DNA of 64,000 nt from a virus, in the IMG/VR virus record IMGVR_UViG_3300047994_000087, positions 82,742-146,741 of that record; one strand, given 5' to 3'. Shown piece by piece: positions 1 to 7,850 of the stretch (its first letter is position 1; each line of letters opens with the position of its first letter). Below the pieces are notes generated by a model. The model was given only the letters and a program-made list of their open reading frames with translations. It was not told the origin of the DNA and searched no databases. The translations under genes were made by a program, and so were the position numbers.

Positions 1-7
1 CGGAAAA

Positions 8-83
8 TGGAGGTCCAGGCACGACTTGCACATGCACCAGCGCTCTTATCGGGAGCGTGTTCCACTATTTGAACTACTGGACC
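8..83 (-). tRNA. tRNA-Ile(GAT)
   Basis: Cloverleaf GGTCCAG/CTGGACC, anticodon arm CGCTC-CCGATAA-GAGCG, encoded CCA; non-canonical T loop TGCAAGT. Confidence 0.9.
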
Positions 84-85
84 AA

Positions 86-160
86 TGGTCCGAGATGCAC
101 GAATTGAACATGCTTGATCCTGCTCCCAAAGCAGACGGCCAGCCAATGGCCCAATCCCGG
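86..160 (-). tRNA. tRNA-Pro(TGG)
   Basis: CCGGGAT acceptor, anticodon loop TTTGGGA, TTCAA T loop, CCA end. Confidence 0.9.
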
Positions 161-231
161 TCGTAGAGCTGTTAAGCTCTGGGGTTTGGACTAATTCGCG
201 GTCGGTTGAAAAATTTAGAGAAGGCATTGCC

Positions 232-329
232 TGAATTTCCTACATTGTTGATAGCTACGCTGCACAGCGATAATGACGACCAGCTAAACTGGCAATCGCT
301 TTGGAGGCTATAATGTAGGGACAAATTCA
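232..329. ncRNA. Long interrupted hairpin, candidate structured ncRNA
   Basis: Nested complementary pairs TGAATTT/AAATTCA, CCTACATT/AATGTAGG, ATAGC/GCTAT, AGCGAT/ATCGCT, CCAG/CTGG in an ORF-free gap next to tRNAs. Confidence 0.45.
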
Positions 330-648
330 CTGGAACTATTTCCTTTTAAACTAAACCTTTAGTGGCTGATCTTACGTGTAGCGCCTAAAGGCATCTGCAA
401 ACTAATCTATCACAGAAGCTGATCACTTGCAAATTTGTTTGCATTTTTGAAAACACAAACTAGATGCTCATACTTTTAATCACTTTCAAAATCAAATCCC
501 ATAAACCGATCTGCGTCATCATTACTACTAAACTCAAGGAATGTGCGTAAAGGCTCAGACCAATGAATGCAGTCGTATTCTATTTTGCCATCTAGGTTTC
601 TCCATTGCTCAGAGCAGGGGAGAATGACCTGTGTCTCTTGCGTTATTC

Positions 649-1416
649 TCACAACGTCTCCTCGTAGAGTTTAGTTGTCTCCAGTACGAGAGCAGGCAAT
701 ATCTTTACTGGATCACAGGCATACAAACCTGCAACGTTGACGCTGCCAGTTTCAAGAATCCGATAGCCATCTCCACCATCGCAAACATCCAGCACGTAAA
801 CTGGGGGCAATCCAGGATACATTGGGACCGACTCTGCAAATTCTTTTACGGTCTCTTCAACGCCAGCTTCTATGTGACGCTTTCCATCCCTTCTATAACA
901 ACAAACATCGAGGAGTCTTCCTTGGTGCATAAAGCATCTCCATTCATGCCGAATCTTATAGGCTGGAGCGGCAACAACCAATGTTGAAGGCTGCACCTGA
1001 TATCCATTGAATAGTCTCTCAAAATCTTCATAGCAATAGACGCCACCGTTGAAAAGCTTGTCGTTAGTGTCTGGACGTAGGAAAAGGTCTCTATCAACAA
1101 GCACCCCTTCTCTATCCCAACCCCATCTCTCCATTAAAGTCCCAGCTGGGAGCATGATATACTCCTGATTGAACAGAAATTTATGCCAATACCCTGCATA
1201 GTCTTGAAACCTCAGAGACTTCCAAGGGGTCAAATGGAACACATGGTTTTGAACCTGCTTAGTTACGCCGATACTTGCGTGCAGCAGTCCGTAATTCTCA
1301 TAGCGAGCAGCTTCTGTAGTCGGAAGAGTGTTTACCTCAACTTCCAGCCCAAGCTTTTCCGCCGCCTCTTTGACCAGAAGGTCTTCTGGAAGGAAATGTT
1401 CAAGTAACCATTTCAT
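649..1416 (-). CDS. ATP-grasp domain protein (R2K/DUF4343-like)
   Basis: LFLRPD..K.F.G, EWRCF, YVLDVC, ILETGSVNVAGLYAC motifs. Confidence 0.75.
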   Translation of the reverse strand: MKWLLEHFLPEDLLVKEAAEKLGLEVEVNTLPTTEAARYENYGLLHASIGVTKQVQNHVFHLTPWKSLRFQDYAGYWHKFLFNQEYIMLPAGTLMERWGWDREGVLVDRDLFLRPDTNDKLFNGGVYCYEDFERLFNGYQVQPSTLVVAAPAYKIRHEWRCFMHQGRLLDVCCYRRDGKRHIEAGVEETVKEFAESVPMYPGLPPVYVLDVCDGGDGYRILETGSVNVAGLYACDPVKILPALVLETTKLYEETL

Positions 1417-2153
1417 TTCTTCATTCCTTCCTCCAGCGTCACATAGCCATGCTTGATCGCGATTAGTCCTGTGGACATAAGCGGAAGGAAAGCAGACCTT
1501 ATCTCAAACTCCATCAGCTCAGGATGAGCATCGTGCATTCTCCGCACCAACGTGTCCATCTTGAACACTCCAAAAGGAGTGAGCATTTCCAATATTTCTT
1601 GTTGAAGGCTCATCTCATTTTCTCCAACACTTTCTATCTCCAGGGTCATTGAAATCAGCAGCCATAGGCTCTTTATCCCACAAGTCTACAAGCTCTTTTA
1701 CTACAGGGAGGGCTTCCGCTTCGTAATCAACCATGGCTTCGATACTCATCTTGATCGCCCTCCGCAGCTTCCTGCTGGTCTTGGCCTGCACCCACTTATT
1801 GGAAAACTTCTTTCCACACACGCCAATGTGTTTTTCATTGTAGTTTTTATGAGAGCGACTCACTGCTCGCACAGCCTCCAATCAATCTCATCTTCAAATT
1901 TCAGGGCTACTTTGTAAGCGACACCCCCATACAGACAGCTACAATCATTAGACTCTGAGTCATTATCATATTGATCATCAGTGCTACCGCCATTCTCGTA
2001 GAAGAATTGCCTGCGATTACAATCACACGAAGCGCTGCCTTCTTCCCACCAAAATAGGGTGGTGCCCTTTGTCACGCCTGGATAATCCATGTTGTGATCA
2101 TACTCAACCTGAGCACCGTCAGCAGTTCTTGTAATTCTTACTTGGTATTTCAT
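1413..2153 (-). other. Three small hypothetical CDS (1413-1649, 1615-1881, 1860-2153)
   Basis: Overlapping, co-oriented ORFs; the last has a WWEEG..SCDCNR Cys motif. Confidence 0.65.
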
Positions 2154-2213
2154 AAAACCGCTCCAGCAGTCAACATCTTTAGACTACTGGAGTTTTCATA
2201 CGCATCTTGTAAA

Positions 2214-2288
2214 TGGTTCCACTAGACTGGATCGAACAGTCATCAGACCCTTATGAGAGGTCGGCCTTAACCATTAGGCGATAGTGGG
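2214..2288 (-). tRNA. tRNA-Met/Ile2(CAT)
   Basis: Anticodon arm GACCT-CTCATAA-GGGTC, TTCGA T loop, CCA; C1.A72 mismatch. Confidence 0.85.
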
Positions 2289-2295
2289 ATAAAAA

Positions 2296-2370
2296 CTGCG
2301 AGAGAGGGCCACGATCCCCCAACCTTCTCCTTAACAGGGAGTTGCTGCCACCTACTTGAGCTATCTCGCA
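2296..2370 (-). tRNA. tRNA-Asn(GTT)
   Basis: TGCGAGA/TCTCGCA acceptor, loop CTGTTAA; no encoded CCA. Confidence 0.8.
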
Positions 2371-2377
2371 ATATAAA

Positions 2378-2448
2378 TGCTCCATGTTGGTACTGCCCCA
2401 ACAAATCTTCCTTGTAAGAGAAGCGTGATACTTTTTCACCAACAGAGC
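2378..2448 (-). tRNA. tRNA-Val(TAC)
   Basis: CTTCT-CTTACAA-GGAAG anticodon arm; T loop GGCAGTA; no CCA. Confidence 0.75.
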
Positions 2449-2451
2449 GAA

Positions 2452-2523
2452 TCGGCTGCATACGAGTTGCACGTATACCAAACTTCTTAAGAGGAAGGTG
2501 TCCTGCTATTAGACGAGCAACCG
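2452..2523 (-). tRNA. tRNA-Lys(CTT)
   Basis: CGGTTGC/GCAGCCG acceptor, CTTC-CTCTTAA-GAAG anticodon arm; no CCA. Confidence 0.75.
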
Positions 2524-2526
2524 AAA

Positions 2527-2601
2527 TGGCCCCCACACTTGAAGTCGAATCAAGACCCTTTCCTTCGTAGGGAAAGATGCTATCCATTACACTATGCGGG
2601 T
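2527..2601 (-). tRNA. tRNA-Arg(ACG)
   Basis: TTTCC-CTACGAA-GGAAA anticodon arm, TTCGA T loop, CCA. Confidence 0.85.
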
Positions 2602-2602
2602 A

Positions 2603-2678
2603 TGGCCTTCCTGGAGAGATTTGCACTCCCGTAAGCCCGCTTAGAAGGCGGGTGCCCAATCTACTAGACCACAGGAAC
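2603..2678 (-). tRNA. tRNA-Arg(TCT)
   Basis: CCCGC-CTTCTAA-GCGGG anticodon arm, CCA. Confidence 0.85.
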
Positions 2679-2679
2679 A

Positions 2680-2754
2680 TGGTGGGTTGTGATGGTTCTG
2701 CCCCATCATCAAACTGCTTAAAAGGCAGGTGTCTTGCTGTTAGACCAACAACCC
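2680..2754 (-). tRNA. tRNA-Lys(TTT)
   Basis: GGGTTGT/ACAACCC acceptor, loop CTTTTAA, T loop GGCAGAA, CCA. Confidence 0.85.
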
Positions 2755-2775
2755 AAATAGTTTTTAAATTTTGAA

Positions 2776-2849
2776 TGGTAGGGTGCACGGGGATCGAACC
2801 CGTTTTACCTAGTTGAAAGCTAGGGTTCCGACCAATAGAAGAGCACCCC
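2776..2849 (-). tRNA. tRNA-Glu(TTC)
   Basis: CCTAG-CTTTCAA-CTAGG anticodon arm, TTCGA T loop, CCA. Confidence 0.9.
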
Positions 2850-2850
2850 A

Positions 2851-2925
2851 TGGAGCCGATGGACTGGTACTGCCCCGTCGCTTCCACATTACAAGTGTGG
2901 TTTGCTACTTTTACAACACAACGGC
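2851..2925 (-). tRNA. tRNA-Thr(TGT)
   Basis: CCACA-CTTGTAA-TGTGG anticodon arm, T loop GGCAGTA, CCA. Confidence 0.85.
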
Positions 2926-2931
2926 AAAAAA

Positions 2932-3006
2932 TGGTGGAATGTCCGAGCTTTGCTCTCGGCTCTACTGATTGCAAGTCAGTGGTTTTACTGAATAAACTAA
3001 CACCCC
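2932..3006 (-). tRNA. tRNA-Ala(TGC)
   Basis: G3.U70 pair, ACTGA-CTTGCAA-TCAGT anticodon arm, CCA. Confidence 0.85.
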
Positions 3007-3209
3007 AAGTATCAGGCGCTAGCTCGTGCGTTCTTAGTAGAGGCGCTCTTTGTAGTTCGCTCTCGTGTCGTGTTTGTAGTTGTTGTAGAAATAGCATGAG
3101 TAGTAGGTTCCAGAATAGGTGTGCAAACGTTAGCGACAGGCATTACCCGTCTGCTATTTCGTTTGACATTTATCCTTACAGTACTCACGTGTTTAGGTCC
3201 TTGAATAAA

Positions 3210-3284
3210 TGGAGCGGTCTGTGGATCTTGAAACCACATTCTCTGCTTGGAAGGCAGTAGTCTTAGCCTTTGGACGAAGACCGC
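3210..3284 (-). tRNA. tRNA-Gly(TCC)
   Basis: GCGGTCT/AGACCGC acceptor, U73, loop CTTCCAA, CCA. Confidence 0.9.
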
Positions 3285-3367
3285 ATGGCGCCGATTTCTC
3301 ACGTCCCGGCACAGGCGTTAAGCTGGTTTGTTTATCTCCGTCCTAGGACCAGCGAGGACGCTTTACT

Positions 3368-3441
3368 TGGGAACAGGGGTGAGATTTGCACTCACGTACT
3401 GGGGGTATGAACCCCATAAGCGACTAATGCTTGACCCTGCG
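3368..3441 (-). tRNA. tRNA-fMet-like (CAT)
   Basis: CGCAGGG start with a 1:72 mismatch, consecutive G-C pairs in anticodon stem GGGG-TTCATAC-CCCC, CCA. Confidence 0.8.
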
Positions 3442-3552
3442 ATATAAAGACATTGGTGCGCTTTGTGTAGTGGCGTATGTCTTCTTGTTCTTACTAGTTA
3501 AGCACATTCTTTAACCGGTAGCAAATTTTTTCAAAATTACTCGTCTACTCTC

Positions 3553-3590
3553 AAAACAAAAACGCTCCTGAAGGACTACTTCAAGAGCGT
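3553..3590 (-). terminator. Rho-independent terminator
   Basis: ACGCTCTTGAAG-TAGTC-CTTCAGGAGCGT followed by TTTTGTTTT, downstream of CDS 3627-4118. Confidence 0.8.
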
Positions 3591-3626
3591 AAATGTGATT
3601 ACTAGATGTACCTAGATTTAATCCGA

Positions 3627-4118
3627 TTACTCAACTTTCCAATCAGACACGCCATCACTCAGGAAGGTTTTTGTAGTGGTGGTTGCAATAGTGGTTGAAC
3701 CAGCCGCACCCCCAGCTACCGTATCTGTTCCATTGGCAACTGCCATAGTTACAGTACTAGACCCTGAATTGTGGATATGTATTTCCGCACCCACACCAGC
3801 AGTTGCAGCGGATGGCAAAGTAGCCGTACTAGCTGAACTTGAGGTTTCATAGAACGATTGACCAGCTTTAGCTGTAAATGATCCAGCCTCACTTGTTACA
3901 GCTGTAAAACGACCCTGAAAACCAAGATTACCTTGAACAAGAGTCAACGGAGCTGCTACTTGTACAGGGAAGATACTTCCATTAGGAGCAGTAGTTCCAA
4001 TAAGAACTTGAACTCCGCCATCATACTGAGCCTTAACGATTCCAGCGCCAACCAAAGACAACACTGCTGCGGCCACGACCGCGATTACATTCTTTCTTCC
4101 TAGCTTCATTCTATTCAC
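3627..4118 (-). CDS. Signal-peptide-bearing protein with a tail-fibre-type C-terminal beta domain
   Basis: Basic-hydrophobic N-terminus ending VKA-Q; C-terminal TATLPSAA...SDGVSDW resembles the ends of 51556-53088 and 53586-54089. Confidence 0.65.
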   Translation of the reverse strand: MNRMKLGRKNVIAVVAAAVLSLVGAGIVKAQYDGGVQVLIGTTAPNGSIFPVQVAAPLTLVQGNLGFQGRFTAVTSEAGSFTAKAGQSFYETSSSASTATLPSAATAGVGAEIHIHNSGSSTVTMAVANGTDTVAGGAAGSTTIATTTTKTFLSDGVSDWKVE

Positions 4119-4153
4119 CCCAAATAACTAACTACGCTCTGAACTGTTCAATA

Positions 4154-4235
4154 TGGTGGAAATGCAGGGTTCCGCCCCCTGGTCCAACGAGTTCCACAGT
4201 GGGTTTTACTCATTGTCGACTGCTATTACATCCCC
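4154..4235 (-). ncRNA. Miniature tmRNA-like gene (tRNA-like domain only)
   Basis: GGGGATG..TCGAC 5' end, GGAC-T arm-CATTTCC-ACCA 3' end, G3.U70, no D stem; P2 helix AATGAG/CTCGTT encloses only ~17 nt. Confidence 0.75.
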
Positions 4236-4239
4236 ATTG

Positions 4240-4600
4240 TGGCTCTTGCTTACGGGAGCCAATCGTTATGCTGCCTTAGAGTTTCAGTCATAGGAGTTGC
4301 AGCCTCCCAGCTTCAATGATTGCAGGTGTGTTAGCTACTCACTCTGACGGCTTCCTGCCAGCCGCTTATCCTGGCTTGAGTTACCCCAAAGGGATTCAGA
4401 GGCGGTGATAAGACTTACCAGACCCTGGAGATCTTTCATTCATAGGACTGCATCCAGGGTATCTGATGTATTTGTATCACCCATGTTTGATGCTTCTTTA
4501 TTTTGCTCTGATCAACATCAAGACTGTCTATGTTTTCTAAAAGCACACACCATCTTCTGTGATGTGCATATAGTTAATTATGCGTGCGACAATTAATAGA
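4240..4600 (-). ncRNA. Candidate large structured ncRNA
   Basis: No credible ORF over ~360 nt; many helices (GGTGATA/TATCACC, ACCCTGGA/TCCAGGGT, CTCTGA/TCAGAG, GCGGCT/AGCCGT, TGGCTC/GAGCCA). Confidence 0.55.
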
Positions 4601-4602
4601 CC

Positions 4603-4815
4603 CTACTTTTGCCCTGCTTTGCTCCGAATCAAACTATCCAGAGTACTTGCCGCATGGTCTATGTACACAGCAACCTTATCCAACCCATCAGCAGCATCCT
4701 TGTCGTCCTGGTAGGTAAACGAGTACCCTTTTGCAATATCCCTTGCAGCCTCCAATCGTCTTTGCAGGGTGAGCAAATATTCGTAGCGCTCCAATAAATC
4801 TTTTGCCCTACTCAT
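4603..4815 (-). CDS. Leader-tagged protein, small helical (MSRAKDLLE)
   Basis: ORF with the shared N-terminal motif. Confidence 0.75.
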   Translation of the reverse strand: MSRAKDLLERYEYLLTLQRRLEAARDIAKGYSFTYQDDKDAADGLDKVAVYIDHAASTLDSLIRSKAGQK

Positions 4816-5177
4816 ATCCCTAGCCTGTGTCTAATTATGCTCTCGTAGTCATATCCATCACTGCCTACTTGCGCTTTGACTTCCCATATCCCTGCATTGT
4901 CTTTGTTGATAAAGAAGCAAGCCCAATAGTTGGGATCTAATCCCTCACATTCCATGAATCCGTCGTGAGTCATTTTGTAAGATTCCCAAATGTACATAGT
5001 GCTCTTGTCAGTACAAGGACGTTCCAGTAAACAGCGGAGTCTGTCATACCCATGATCAAGTCGCACTTCTGTAAGAGCGCGATCTATAGAACGAGCATTG
5101 ACCGACACACGAATCTTCTCCGCTGTCCCCACGTCCAACATCTCTACTGATTCTAGGATGTGTTTTACTCTACTCAT
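4812..5177 (-). CDS. Leader-tagged protein (MSRVKHILES); paralog of the C-terminal half of 5170-5763
   Basis: Shared ESVE..RVSVN.R..E.RL..MY.W.SY..TH blocks. Confidence 0.75.
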   Translation of the reverse strand: MSRVKHILESVEMLDVGTAEKIRVSVNARSIDRALTEVRLDHGYDRLRCLLERPCTDKSTMYIWESYKMTHDGFMECEGLDPNYWACFFINKDNAGIWEVKAQVGSDGYDYESIIRHRLGI

Positions 5178-5763
5178 CATTCAGGAACTCCTGCACTTCT
5201 TCTGGCTGATCATATGGCCGACCATCCACTACATAACTAGACATCTTCCAACCACTCTTAGCAGACGGCTCTCTGTCTAACTCTCCACGCTTACTAAAGG
5301 CATATGACACTCCCAGAGCATTGGCTGCAAATTCATGGGTACGGTCATAGGAAGCCCAGAAGTACATATCTCCGTCTTCTGACACCAGGAAGCGAACGTG
5401 GTTGCCGTTCAAACCGCGCTCGCCCAATCGCAACTCCTTCTCCATGCGTTTGACGTTACGAGGATTAACAGACACTCTTGTTCCGTCTGCTATCTCAACA
5501 CTCTCCATCGCCCTAGCCATCATGTAGGTCTTCTGCTCCAGGTCCTTTTGAGACATGGGCAAGGTCGGCTTTCCGGCCCACTTGTTTATCGCTGCACGGA
5601 TCTCAGGTGTGACGTTGTCGGTAGTGGCCCAAACAAACTGTCCATCACTGAATGCCATAACCACATGCCAGCAGTACAGGAGTTTGCAGTTGCCGTACAC
5701 CACTTCCGAAGTATGTGAGTCCAGGTCACGGACCAGCTCTAGAAGTCTTCCAGCTCTACTCAT
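5170..5763 (-). CDS. Leader-tagged two-module protein (MSRAGRLLE; internal MARAMES)
   Basis: ORF with the N-terminal motif and an internal leader-like copy. Confidence 0.75.
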   Translation of the reverse strand: MSRAGRLLELVRDLDSHTSEVVYGNCKLLYCWHVVMAFSDGQFVWATTDNVTPEIRAAINKWAGKPTLPMSQKDLEQKTYMMARAMESVEIADGTRVSVNPRNVKRMEKELRLGERGLNGNHVRFLVSEDGDMYFWASYDRTHEFAANALGVSYAFSKRGELDREPSAKSGWKMSSYVVDGRPYDQPEEVQEFLNDE

Positions 5764-6455
5764 TTATACTAAGCGCCTTCCCTACATGATAGTCAATCTC
5801 TTCCTGACTTATCATAATCAGGCCTACCTTTTGAGGACCAAATAGGTGGTGTACATTGAAAGTACACGTCTGCGCCACAATCTCAGTGAACAATACTGGC
5901 CACAATTCTTCTGGAGTATTCATGCACTGCCCTTGGTAGGCAAGCACCTCACCCCTCAGGCTAAAAGGAGCGTGTCCTGTTGTGTGTCCCAGCAGGTCGT
6001 GTGCAATGCGAAAAGCAACGTTTGTATCAACTGACCAGACAGGGTGGATACTGTGCAGACTGGTCACTTTAAACACACCCTGTGCAATGTCCGCAAACAT
6101 CTCGTCTGAGGACTTGTAGGGGTCGACATCGTCGTACCGGATAATCTGATAGTCCTTTGAAAGCATGGCGGCCTGCTCGACACAACAGCGTCCTAACTTC
6201 TCCCAACTTCTCCCAAAGCTCAGAGGCGGAAGAGTCGTATGTTGGCATAGCATCATAAGCAGCACAGATGTCAGCCGCTTCCTTACTATAGAAATCTATG
6301 CCTGTAGGCGATATGGCATACTCGCGCACAATGGCACCGCCACGAGGAGCATTGCCAGTAAGGAATATGGCGTTGTTTGCCTTTACTATCTCCTCAGGAG
6401 ACTTACACTGGATGCGCTCTTCTTTCATAGCTAATAATCTCTTTGCTCTACTCAT
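5756..6455 (-). pseudogene. Leader-tagged putative metalloprotease-like protein (MSRAKRLLA), frameshifted by a 10-bp duplication
   Basis: ORFs 6069-6455 and 5756-6265 join into 229 aa if one TGGGAGAAGT copy (6196-6215) is removed; FRIAHDLLGH...GE motif. Confidence 0.75.
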
Positions 6456-6904
6456 ATCTGAACCACCTTAGCCTTCCCCGATCCGGTCAGCACTAGGGCC
6501 AGATTGAGTCTAGTATTCCCGGACATTATTGTGCGTCGTCCGTTCTTCTCAAGCACGATGGGCAGCTTCATGGGAGAGCCATTATGAATGCCGTCTATGA
6601 TGTCCTGGAAGGTTTTATCGTTCCGATACTGTGGCCAGCTTCTGTAGCCCTTGACCATGTCTAAAAGATCCTCGACCGGCATCATTGTGGCACCGCTTAT
6701 GCCTGACGTGTTTGACAGAGAAATTGTCTGTCCTGCTCTGTAGGCGTCCTCAAAGTCTTCGAAGGTCGGCCAGATGTCTCCAGCCCAATGCCTTACGTGG
6801 TACTGGTACTCGACGTTATATTCCTGTTGCAAGTCCGCAGTGGAATTATCCACCCAGTTTATGGATTCGTTGATTGAAGATAGTATGTCTCGTGCTCTGG
6901 TCAT
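6452..6904 (-). CDS. Leader-tagged ParB/Srx-like domain protein (MTRARDILS)
   Basis: LPIVLEKNGRRTIMSGNTRL matches the ParB N-terminal P(I/V)V...I..G(H/N).R pattern; start moved to the motif ATG, which overlaps the upstream stop. Confidence 0.7.
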   Translation of the reverse strand: MTRARDILSSINESINWVDNSTADLQQEYNVEYQYHVRHWAGDIWPTFEDFEDAYRAGQTISLSNTSGISGATMMPVEDLLDMVKGYRSWPQYRNDKTFQDIIDGIHNGSPMKLPIVLEKNGRRTIMSGNTRLNLALVLTGSGKAKVVQI

Positions 6905-7515
6905 AGCATCTTCCTGTAGTGATCTGTCGATAGACTGTCGGAGAACTCCCACTCAATCTCATCGTCCTTCATTGCACGTGAAGTCTCCAGGTTAGAGAAA
7001 GCAGCGCCTTCCATAGAGTTGTAGACATAAATGGGAATTCCCTTTTGCTTTGCCAACTCCCAGTCTTTCTTCATACGGTTCATGTTTACCGAACCACGTT
7101 GCGACTTACCCAACCACATATGAATCGCCTTTATGTAACTACAAGCATCAGGGATAATCCTGTCTTTGCTGAAGACGCGATCTTCCATCTCAACTGTGTC
7201 GCCGGAACCACGTGAGTAGTCCTTGGCCTGGTGGAAGGCTTGGAAATCCACAGCGTGCCCTGAGTATCTATTGTTGAACTTGTCCCCATCAAGCACCAGT
7301 AGGACTTCCCTGTAGTTGTAGTCTCTGTAGGCATTACGCACACTACGAGACACGCAGAATGAATACGGCTTGTCTGGTGGATTCATAGCCCTGTCCACGT
7401 CGTAACCGCCAAGCATAAACTCGTTGTTCTCCAGAATACCCCCTAGAGCTGAGGCGCTAGTGCCGTGGAACACAACAGATGATATGCGTTCTAGGATGTG
7501 TCTTGCGCGGCTCAA
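6901..7515 (-). CDS. Leader-tagged ADP-ribosyltransferase-like protein (MSRARHILE)
   Basis: VFHGTS..L..IL, FCVSRS, EMEDR: H-x-T / S-x-S / E-x-E pattern. Confidence 0.6.
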   Translation of the reverse strand: MSRARHILERISSVVFHGTSASALGGILENNEFMLGGYDVDRAMNPPDKPYSFCVSRSVRNAYRDYNYREVLLVLDGDKFNNRYSGHAVDFQAFHQAKDYSRGSGDTVEMEDRVFSKDRIIPDACSYIKAIHMWLGKSQRGSVNMNRMKKDWELAKQKGIPIYVYNSMEGAAFSNLETSRAMKDDEIEWEFSDSLSTDHYRKML

Positions 7516-7850
7516 AATCCCATCTCCCTGCCATTCTGATATTTGTCTTGTTGCACTGGCCCCAGCACATCAAACTGCGTGGCAGTTGGATCAAATATCT
7601 GTCCACTCACTTCACACCAAGAGTGGTAGTGTCCGTCGTAATAACCTTCCATTCTCTCCACAGGGAAGCCCGCTCCATATAGCATCTTCGCCCAGGTAGC
7701 GCTTTTAGCGGTGCAGTCTAAGTTCCACTCATCGGCAAAGATGTTGGTGAAACGATGTGACATGATCCAGGCCTTCACCTCTGGGTTAAACCCAGGTGAG
7801 AACCAGAATGGTGGCTCCGCGCTCTCTAATAATCGTCCGGCGCGGCTCAT
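7512..7850 (-). CDS. Leader-tagged transglutaminase/papain-like domain protein (MSRAGRLLES)
   Basis: DC...G.P.E..EG...HSWCEV...FDPTA.QF: Cys-His-acidic pattern. Confidence 0.6.
   Translation of the reverse strand: MSRAGRLLESAEPPFWFSPGFNPEVKAWIMSHRFTNIFADEWNLDCTAKSATWAKMLYGAGFPVERMEGYYDGHYHSWCEVSGQIFDPTATQFDVLGPVQQDKYQNGREMGF

Noticed and set aside
2251-3302. ORFs of 65-276 aa across the tRNA cluster
   Set aside because: They overlap well-formed tRNA genes and are most likely chance open frames.
3330-3365. HDV-like/theta ribozyme suggested by TCCTCGCTGG after a tRNA
   Set aside because: P3 would contain a G.G mismatch and no P1 partner strand was found.
4266-4300. tmRNA tag reading frame ending AAG GCA GCA TAA (KAA*)
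   Set aside because: An in-frame TGA lies six codons before the TAA, and the segment is outside the tmRNA-like ends.
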